This document shows positions 31,126 through 40,400 of a DNA stretch of 64,000 nt, in pieces. The position numbers and the translations under genes were made by a program. This stretch comes from Promethearchaeota archaeon (GTDB lineage Archaea > Asgardarchaeota > Lokiarchaeia > Sigyniarchaeales > SOKP01): contig JAEOTP010000015.1 of NCBI GenBank assembly GCA_016839765.1, positions 32,001-96,000 of the forward strand, written 5' to 3'. The first letter of the stretch is position 1. Each line of letters begins with the position of its first letter. The notes beneath the pieces are model-generated. The model searched no databases. It was given only the letters and a program-made list of their open reading frames with translations, and had not been told where the DNA came from.

Positions 31126-32310
31126 GTGTATATAATTAAAATAGAGTATGCAAATCGATTAGGGAGATTGCCTAAATATATTTTTGCTGCTATTGAAGAG
31201 CTAAAAGAACAGAAAAAAAAAGAAGGAATGGATTTAATTTCTCTCGGTATAGGAGATCCTGATTTACCAACTCCAAATGTAATTATTGAAGAATTAATTA
31301 AACAAGTTAAATTACCTGAAAACCAAAATTATCCCTCCAGTATGGGTGAGCAAGAATTTAGAGAGGCAATAGCAAAATGGAATAAAATAAGATATGGAAT
31401 AAATTTAAACCCCTCTACAGAAGTTTCTCATGTCTTGGGAGGTAAAGAAGGAGTAGCAAACATTGCAAGAGCTTTTATTAACCCAGGAGATCTCGTATTA
31501 TGCCCTAATCCTGGATATCCTGTTTATGAAAATGGTGCTACAAAATTATGCGATGGAGAGCCATATTTAATGCCATTAAAAAAAGAAAATAATTTCTTAC
31601 CAGAAATTGAAGCAATTGATAAAGAAGTCCTTAAGAAAGCTAAATTGATATATTTAAATTACCCTAATAATCCTACTGGTGCGATAGTTCCTAGAGATTA
31701 TTTAAAAAAAATGATTGATTTTGCTGAAGATTATAATTTTATCATAGTTTATGACAATCCATATTCAGAATTCACCTATGGTAATTATATTGCCCCCTCT
31801 ATATTGCAATTTAGTTTAGATCACGTAGAAATCAACAGCGCATCCAAAATGTTTAATATGACAGGTTTTCGATGCGGTTGGATAGCTGGAAATGCTGAAA
31901 TAATTGAGGGCCTAAGAAAAGTTAAATCTCAAATTGATTCAGGGGGTTCAATTTTTATTCAAAAAGCACTAATTAAGGGTCTCAATGAATATACTTCGCA
32001 AAAAAAACCAGAAATAGTCGCAGAAACTATGCGAATTTATGAAAAAAGGCGAGATGTATTAGTTAATGGTTTAAATAAAATGGGGTGGAAAACTGAGAAA
32101 CCAAAAGCAACTTTTTATATCTGGACTCAAATTCCCGAGGGGGAAGAAAATAGTATGGAATTCACTAAAAAACTAATAAATGTGGGCGTTATTATCACAC
32201 CTGGTATTGGATTTGGAAGATATGGAGAGAGATTTGTTAGATTTGCATTAACAAAATCTGTCGAAAGAATAAATGAAGCTTTAGAAAGGATTGAAAAAAT
32301 AATTAATTAA
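31126..32310 (+). CDS. dapL: LL-diaminopimelate aminotransferase-like class I PLP aminotransferase
   Basis: LPKYIF, LGIGDPD, LNYPNNPTG, DNPY, SASKMFNMTGFRCG. Confidence 0.8.
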   Translation: MYIIKIEYANRLGRLPKYIFAAIEELKEQKKKEGMDLISLGIGDPDLPTPNVIIEELIKQVKLPENQNYPSSMGEQEFREAIAKWNKIRYGINLNPSTEVSHVLGGKEGVANIARAFINPGDLVLCPNPGYPVYENGATKLCDGEPYLMPLKKENNFLPEIEAIDKEVLKKAKLIYLNYPNNPTGAIVPRDYLKKMIDFAEDYNFIIVYDNPYSEFTYGNYIAPSILQFSLDHVEINSASKMFNMTGFRCGWIAGNAEIIEGLRKVKSQIDSGGSIFIQKALIKGLNEYTSQKKPEIVAETMRIYEKRRDVLVNGLNKMGWKTEKPKATFYIWTQIPEGEENSMEFTKKLINVGVIITPGIGFGRYGERFVRFALTKSVERINEALERIEKIIN

Positions 32311-32332
32311 AAAAGAAAGATTATATAATTAC

Positions 32333-32557
32333 CTATTTTGAATTTTTTCCATATTTACGCCAAAGATACCCCATCTTTCTCTGATCTTCGCTTTCTATTT
32401 TGCCTTGCGGAGAATTAGAGTAATCTAAAACCATTATAACAGGGGCTTTATCTGAATCCCAATCTTTATAATAATCTAATATCATTTCAGGATCTAGGTT
32501 CTCTGCTAATTTTTTTTTCGTTTTTTTCCACCTCTTTTTTATTAATTGAGTTATCAC
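32333..32557 (-). CDS. Small hypothetical protein (start uncertain)
   Basis: ORF with coding-like C-terminal part; SD-like GAGGTG lies inside the tracked 5' end. Confidence 0.55.
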   Translation of the reverse strand: MITQLIKKRWKKTKKKLAENLDPEMILDYYKDWDSDKAPVIMVLDYSNSPQGKIESEDQRKMGYLWRKYGKNSK

Positions 32558-32559
32558 GC

Positions 32560-32770
32560 AGAGGAATCAATCCTTAACCTACCATTTTCTTAAAATTTCA
32601 TGGAATATTATGTTGAGAGAACAAATCCCTAAAAGTTAAAAGAAAAGGGTAAGAAGAAGGATTTATTCTCTCTTCATAATACTACAACTGGGATAAAAGC
32701 TCTCTTATAGCCTTCCCGTGGTAATGTAGTATTATGATGTGAAAATACCATTTTTAGTATGATAGATTGT
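32560..32770 (-). ncRNA. Candidate structured leader or sRNA
   Basis: 13-bp stem 32674-32686/32725-32737; 14-bp stem 32615-32628/32659-32672; G-U pairs favour minus strand; TATA-like box 32793-32800. Confidence 0.55.
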
Positions 32771-32916
32771 TATTAAAAATAACAGGCGTAAACTTATAAA
32801 TTTACCCATTTCATTCCCATTTGTCAAGATATTAGGGCTCATAGTTTCTCTATTTTTGTCAAAACAATTATAAAGTAATTCTTTAAGGTAGTTATTATTT
32901 AAAATCATGATAATTT

Positions 32917-34236
32917 ATGAAGAAAAAAATAGTTCTAATAGGAGCTGGTTCAACTTCTTTTGGGCCTTCAATGTTTACCGATTTATATTTAAGCAAAATT
33001 TTAGATGGTTCTACAATAATACTCCATGATATTGATAAAGAAAAATTAGAAATCATATATGAATTACTTACGATTGAAAATGAAGTGAGGAATAATAAAT
33101 TCATAATTGAACGTACAAAGAATAGAAGAAAAGCTTTAAAGGATGCAGATTTCATAATTAATTCTATTGAAGTTGGTAATCGAATAGAACTTTGGAGGCA
33201 AGATTATAAAATACCTAGAAATTATGGCTCTACACAAGTTTTAGGAGAGAATGGGGGTCCAGGGGGCATGTTTCACTCATTTAGAGTAATTCCTCCAATT
33301 ATTGAGATTGTAAAGGATGTAGAAAAAATCTGTCCAAATGCATTTTTCATTAATTTTTCTAATCCAATGTCCAGAGTATGTTTAGCTATTAAAAGGAGTA
33401 CTAATCTCAATTTTATAGGACTTTGTCACGAAATCCATTCTCTTGAACATCATATTCCACTCATATTTAATAATAAGCTTGGAGATATTAGAATGATTGT
33501 TGCAGGATTAAATCATTTTGGTTTCTTATTATCTCTTGAAGACTTAAATTCTGGTAAGAATTTATTGCCAAAATTTAATGCTAAAGCTATGGATTACTTT
33601 AAAAACCATGAAGATCGATTTGAATTTTCAGAGCTAACATTTAAAGTATTTGAAAAATTTGGATATTTTCCCCACGCAGGTGATAATCATATGGGTGAAT
33701 ATCTCCAATTTGCTGAAGAATTTACAAAAAAACAAGATATGATTGATTGGATTGACCGAACTGATGATGAAAATCAGGGTATTTATCAGCGAGTATTGAG
33801 ATATTACAAGCGACTTATAAAAGGAAGATATCCGAAAAAAGGGATGCTATCTCGAAGCCCATCTGGAGAAAGAGCTATACCCATAATAGAAGCTTTATTA
33901 ACGGATGCAAATTCTTATGAAAATTCAGTTAATATTCCAAATGACGCCCTTATTGAAAATTTGCCGCGAGACTTAGTTATTGAAGTACCTGTACGGGTTG
34001 ACAAAAATGGAGTTCATGGTATTAAAATAGGTTCAATGCCAAGAAATATTGCGGCATTATTGCGCATAGAGGCTACGATTCAAGATCTATGTGTTGAAGC
34101 TATATTGCAAAAATCACGAGATTTAGCAATTACCGCCTTAGCGCTAGATCCTAATGTAGGTAGTTTCAAAAGAGCAGAAAAAATTTTTGAAGAAATGACA
34201 GAGCTTCAAAAAGATTACTTACCTACTTTCAAATGA
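32917..34236 (+). CDS. Glycoside hydrolase family 4 (alpha-galactosidase/glucosidase)
   Basis: IGAGSTSF, GPGG, NFSNP, GLCH, AGLNH. Confidence 0.92.
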   Translation: MKKKIVLIGAGSTSFGPSMFTDLYLSKILDGSTIILHDIDKEKLEIIYELLTIENEVRNNKFIIERTKNRRKALKDADFIINSIEVGNRIELWRQDYKIPRNYGSTQVLGENGGPGGMFHSFRVIPPIIEIVKDVEKICPNAFFINFSNPMSRVCLAIKRSTNLNFIGLCHEIHSLEHHIPLIFNNKLGDIRMIVAGLNHFGFLLSLEDLNSGKNLLPKFNAKAMDYFKNHEDRFEFSELTFKVFEKFGYFPHAGDNHMGEYLQFAEEFTKKQDMIDWIDRTDDENQGIYQRVLRYYKRLIKGRYPKKGMLSRSPSGERAIPIIEALLTDANSYENSVNIPNDALIENLPRDLVIEVPVRVDKNGVHGIKIGSMPRNIAALLRIEATIQDLCVEAILQKSRDLAITALALDPNVGSFKRAEKIFEEMTELQKDYLPTFK

Positions 34237-34447
34237 ATGACTAAAATTCATATTTCTATTTTTTCAAAATAGAAATTTTATTAAAACGATTATAGGGAAT
34301 TTAGGAAAAATAGTAGTAAATTATATATTTTAGTTGTAAAAATGTATGAATTACTAGCAAAATTGTATGAAATATTTATAAGACAAATTTATATTAATAT
34401 ATACTTAAAGGTATTAATATATTAAGTGATTTGACTTTTATTAGCTC

Positions 34448-37400
34448 ATGGAATCCAAAAATATTAAAAAATCTAGTGAAAGAATTGAAAAAGCTACCAC
34501 ATTTCTCACAAGGTTGTGGTGGTTTTTTCTTTTTCTAATCGGGATTCCTTTAGTAATTGCTACTGTTAGCTATTTTATTATCCAATATATCATAAAAGAT
34601 GTTTATTTTTCTATAGGGCTTGCTGTAATTGTATATATGTTTTCAATTTTCTTTTTCTATAAAAGTTTTGACCAATATCGAAAAAAACCTCTTTTTATTA
34701 ACAATCAAAACAACCTTTCTGCCAGAATTCACATACTTTTTATAGTTAGCATCCTATCTTTAGTGGTTACCCCTATTTTCATTTTGGTTGCACCGCAGGG
34801 ATACTATTTTGAATTATTTCCTTTAATTTCGTTCTGCCTTTTATATAACATTATTTATTACTATTATTACTTTCAACCTGTAGAATATTTTGATGTATCT
34901 GAATCAAGATTCAAGCGTAAACTTAGTTTCAAATCAACTTTAAAACAATTTCATAATATAGTGATTTTGATAAATTTCATTATCCATGTATTTTTTTTGA
35001 TTTATACTTATTATACTAAGTTATTATGGCTAATATTGGTAACTTTAGTTACCAATATATTTTTTTATATCTTTACCCTACTATCTACAATTAAGCTAAA
35101 GAAAAAGATAAGGGATGCTATCGAGAAAGGAGTACTATTTCAAGAATATATAATCAAATTTAAGCAAAAATTTTCTGTATCAATTATCAGTCTTTCTTTT
35201 TTATTATTAATACAATTACCATTTGATATCCTTCTTTTTAATACTTTATCTGGTGTTGTTTATACCAATTTAGATTATATATTATTTGCGTTTGGAGCTA
35301 TAATTTTCATTTTCTTATATTTAAAACTAAGGATTTATATTTCAATACATTACAAAAGAAATCTATTGATATTAAATGGGAATAAATTAAATAATTCAAA
35401 TCAAGAACCTTCAGATTTCTTAATTAAATATCAGAAATGGAACATGATATTATCAATATTTTTCATTGTCTTTACCTCTTTATTTTCTTTAGGAATTAAT
35501 TTCCCAATTATAATTGTAATCAGCATTCCAGTAATCATTATTTCTACTTATTTTGAGCAAAAAGCAAATTATTGCCCAAAGAAATATAGTCGATATGTAT
35601 ATCTTTTAAGTAGTGTAATATTATTGGGATTTGGTATTTTTTGGATTTTACCCTCCTTTTTCGATACTCTGAGTTTAGAGATTCAATTAATTATATTTCT
35701 TGTGAGTTTCTATTTGGATTTACAAATTTTTATTCAATATGACTATTTTGATAGGAATAAAATTATATTTATACAACACCTATTAGCTTTTACTTGTTTC
35801 TTAGTAATTACTTACTCATTTTATCCAATTATTTCATCAATTTATTTTGATTTTCTTATTGAACCCTTATTGATTAATATCGTCAATATCCTTTTCTATG
35901 CATTATTATCTCTCTTAGCATTATTAGGAACATTCTATTATTTATATTTTCGATATTTTAGGAAAAACCAATGGAAGAGTTTCAATCTAATTTTAAATAT
36001 CACTATAATCTCTATTGAAATCCTTTTATTTGCTCTTATAAGTTTGAAGATTTTCATTTCTATGGATGTGATTGCATTTATTAACTATGTTTTAGTTTTT
36101 ACTATTCTTTTACCATTAATTTTTGATTTATTTATCGGATTTAACTATATTCTTGGAATAAATACTGCTAAAAAAAGCTTCAAACAATTATATTCTTCTA
36201 GTTGGATTTTAGTTTTAATGATTTTTACTTTTATTTTTTACTTTACTTTTAATAATTTTATATTCCTAATTGCTGATTTATTATATCTCTCTGCTCTTTC
36301 TCAGATTTTATTAAAATTTGGAGAAGAAATTGACCAAATTTCTCACGAAACTTTTAGTAAGGTTATGAAATTTAATTCCGTTTTTATTATTATAGAGATT
36401 TCTTGCTTAATTTTTTCAATATCGTATATAAATTTCGCTTTTATCGGAATTATCAATAATATTTTACTCTCTTGCTATATTACATTGATTTTTAATGCAT
36501 TTTTGTGTAATATTCTAAAAGAAAAACTGTTTTCAAAATCAATAGTAGTATTAATTAATGAAATTTGTTTATTATTTACTACAGGACTCACTTTTTATTA
36601 TCTATATCAATATACTTTCGGATCTTATTATATTTATGTTCTACCAATCCTGTTTTCCAGCCTTTTCTTTTTCCTCCCAATATATTATACCAAATCCTTA
36701 AAAAAGTATCCAAATTTGATAAAAAATATTACCACCGTAGCCAGTATAGTATTTTCTATTTCTTTATCCCTCATACCCACAATCTTGAGCTTGGAATTTG
36801 TAAGATTAGGTAAATATGTTGATTTAATTACCATTTTCAATTTAACAGCTTTCATTATTTATGGAATTTTACTTTTTATTATAGCTTTCTCGCGCAAGCT
36901 GAAAATTAGGGAAAAAAGAATAAAATTAGTATTAATAATACAGATATTAATCGAATTTATTTTGGCAGTAACAGCAGTATTTTATTACGTGAGTATTGCT
37001 TTAAAGGGTACCCTTTTTGAGTATTCAGTTCCTTTAGTAGCCACCTCAGCATTTCTTTTTATTCCTTTTATATTCTTATATAAAAAGCAATTTATTGGTA
37101 TCAAAATAAATAAATTGCTTCTTTTTTCTAATTTTATTTTTCTCTGGGGTAGTATAATATCAATTCCATCCATTTATAGTATAGAATTTTTCAGATTGGG
37201 TAATTATTTGGAATTTTACTATATGTTAATAATAATTATCGTATTATTCTATGGATTTTTGAAATTTTTATATCCTTTATCTAAATACATCGAAATTAAA
37301 GATAAATTTAATTATATAATATACACATTACAAATTTTCACTTGGTTTATTATTACTATTGCTATTTCTTTAATTATTCCTTTTAACTTTTTAATCCAAT

Positions 37401-40400
37401 CGCTTAATTGGTTAAATACTTTAGTAGTATGCAGTACATTTTTATTATTTTTTGGATTAAATATTATTAATCTCCCTCAGATAGAAAATTTCAAACAGAT
37501 AGTTTTTGAAAATAAAAAAAGCAAGTTAGATTTTTATAAAATTTATAAAATTTATGAATATTACAAAAATATAATATATTTTGGGTTAATTTTCTCAGTT
37601 TCTTCCTTAATATATTCATTAATTCAATCTTTGAATTTACCCTACCTAATTTTTCAGTCTAGCAATAGTTTGATGACAATTTCTTTTGATTTAGGTATTT
37701 TTTCAGGTATTTCTCTAATTATATTTCATCTGAGTAATTTACTTATTGAAATTGAATTTAGGAAAACAAAAGAAATAATTGAAACACTTTTATGGTTAGC
37801 TATAAAATTCAATCTACTATTAATTATATCATTATTCCCTTTTCAGATCTCAATTATTAATAGGATTTTTTTAATAATTTTAATATTTACCGTATTAAGT
37901 CCAATTACGATTAAATTTTTTAGAAATCACTTTATCATTTTAGAAGAAACTTATTTAAACACTAAAAAAATTATAGGAATCTTATTTTTTATTTCATTAT
38001 TAGGTTTTTTTCTTGATTTTTTGTGGAATATTTATATAAGTGTACCATATTTTTGGAGTAATACTTATGTTTTACTTTCTCTAATCATTAGTATAGCTTT
38101 ATTATTTTCTAACTATTATTTTTCAGTTTTTAATGATTATATCGAGAAAAAATCTGAGCTTAATATTTATGGACTCTACTTTCAATCTTTTCTAATTTTT
38201 ATAATTTTATTATTCATGAATATAGGCCCCTCTTTAGTTCTTTTAGTGATCATTTTTATAATCCTCTATCGGAAAAGGATTAGGAATATATACTTACGTT
38301 TAGTCAACTACCTGGTAGGTAGCTATGTGTGTTTGATAGTAGTGAATATATTTATAATTAGTTTCGATCTACTATCTACATTTATATATATTCATCCTGG
38401 ATTTTATGTATGTGTTTATATATTATCATTTATTTTAATATTATTCATATCAATTATTCTAAATATCAAGAAGATCAATGTTTTAGAAGAATATTTATTA
38501 GATTTATTAATTCCTAGTTTAATTTTTACGTCAATATTAATTTTTAATCTCATTCCTCTTTTTTATAATATAACAGTTTCTGTTGCAATTCTCTTACTTT
38601 TATTAAGTATCTTCTTTTATCGTCAAGAAGATAAAAGGTATATATGGTTTATTCGCCCTTGTGCCTTATTATTTTTATTTGACCTAATAAGTATTAGCTC
38701 TTATTTCATAATATTTAGCTTACCTCTTTATTATGAATACAATCTGATTCTAAGCTCTACACTTACCTTTAGCATAATAGGTTTTTGTTTTGCCTTGTTT
38801 TTTCATGATTTACGAGGTAAACTAAAAAGGAGATTAATTTCCATTATTCTTATATTAAGTGTAGCTAGTTCTTTCACATTTTCTTATCTTCTCTTAAAAA
38901 TTTCGTTCTCTCTCACTCTATCTGATATTTATCCATGGATTATTGCTGGAAATATTGCTATTATTCTTTCATATATTGCCATTGGAATTTATCAATGGAA
39001 AATATCATGGGCAATTTGGAAAGCAGGCTATTGGATTTGGATATTTACCCCTATAATTAATTATTTAATAATTGCTGAATCTTTTACTGAAATTAATATC
39101 TATACCAATGCTCTGAATTTTTTTGGGATACCTATTTATGGCTCACATTTGATTGCTTTTGTTATTTGTTTATTAATATCTTTACCTTTCTGGTATACTT
39201 GGATAAAAGAACATTTTAACCAAGTCTTATTTATCATTTGGGGATTAAGTTTATTTTTGATCTATTGGTTTAGTCAAAATGCATTTTTTGGATCTACCTT
39301 TTTAATTAATTTATCATTTGTAGGAATATCTATAATCTTTTTAATGCCTATTTTTTATAGGTTAAGACTCTGGAAAATACTTTCGATTTTGTGGCTAGCT
39401 TTTACTAGTATTTTAACAATTTTCGTTTCCTATCTATTTTTAGAAACTAAATTGGGATTAGACATGATCATATCAATGGATTTAATTCTAATCGGATTTC
39501 TATTTATAATTTTCTCTTTCTTTCCAAATATAAGGGCATTAAAAAATATTGTACTAATTATCGCTTATTCTATCGCAATAACTGGTATCTTTCTAACAAT
39601 ATTGAATTTAATTTTTTCAATTACTTACAACCTGCCTGTGTCAATCAATATGTCTTTCATTATAATAGCATTTAGTCTATTTACTTCTCGAATATTGAAA
39701 TTAAATCGAAAATTATTCAATTTTTTAATTTCTACAATTTTAACTATTAACTTTTCACTTTTAACATTCTTTACTTTTAGTTTAATTCCAAATTTTGAGC
39801 TATTCGCTCTATTTTTCGCTATAAGCGTTTGTGGAGGCTCCCTTCTAATATTTAATCGCTATAGGATGATTTCCCCTATTAAAAAGATTATACCATTAAT
39901 GATTCTTTCTACTGGTGTTGCATTAACATTGTCTTCCTTAATTTATATTTTTATACCGAATTCCTTTTTTATTGTATCTGCCACATTTATTGCTGTAATT
40001 CTATTATTAAATTACCCTACTTTAGAGTATATTCGCCATATATTATTGTATTTAGTTCCAATACCTTTCTGTTTGGTTATTTTACACTTTTTGTCATTAA
40101 TAGGACTATTTCAACCATTATTAAATTTAATTTTAATTGGATTGATTTTATATACCTCAATTTTTCAAATTTTTACTTATTTGAAATATGGTACGGTTAA
40201 GATAGTTAATCTTTTGTCTTTTATATTGAATTCAACCTATCTTTCATTATTAATTACAATTCTTAGTCCTGTTACGATTTTATATCAAATTCTCGAATTT
40301 TGTATAATTTGGTCAATTTTAATAATATTTTGTATTAACTATCTTGAAAGGGCAGGTCAGGAACTTGTTAAAGAAAAAACTATTTCGACTTTTTTAAGAA

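Noticed and set aside
32718-32727. 10-mer GTGGTAATGT shared with 46397-46406, suggesting the two RNAs are related or pair in trans
   Set aside because: A single 10-mer match between regions of this size can arise by chance
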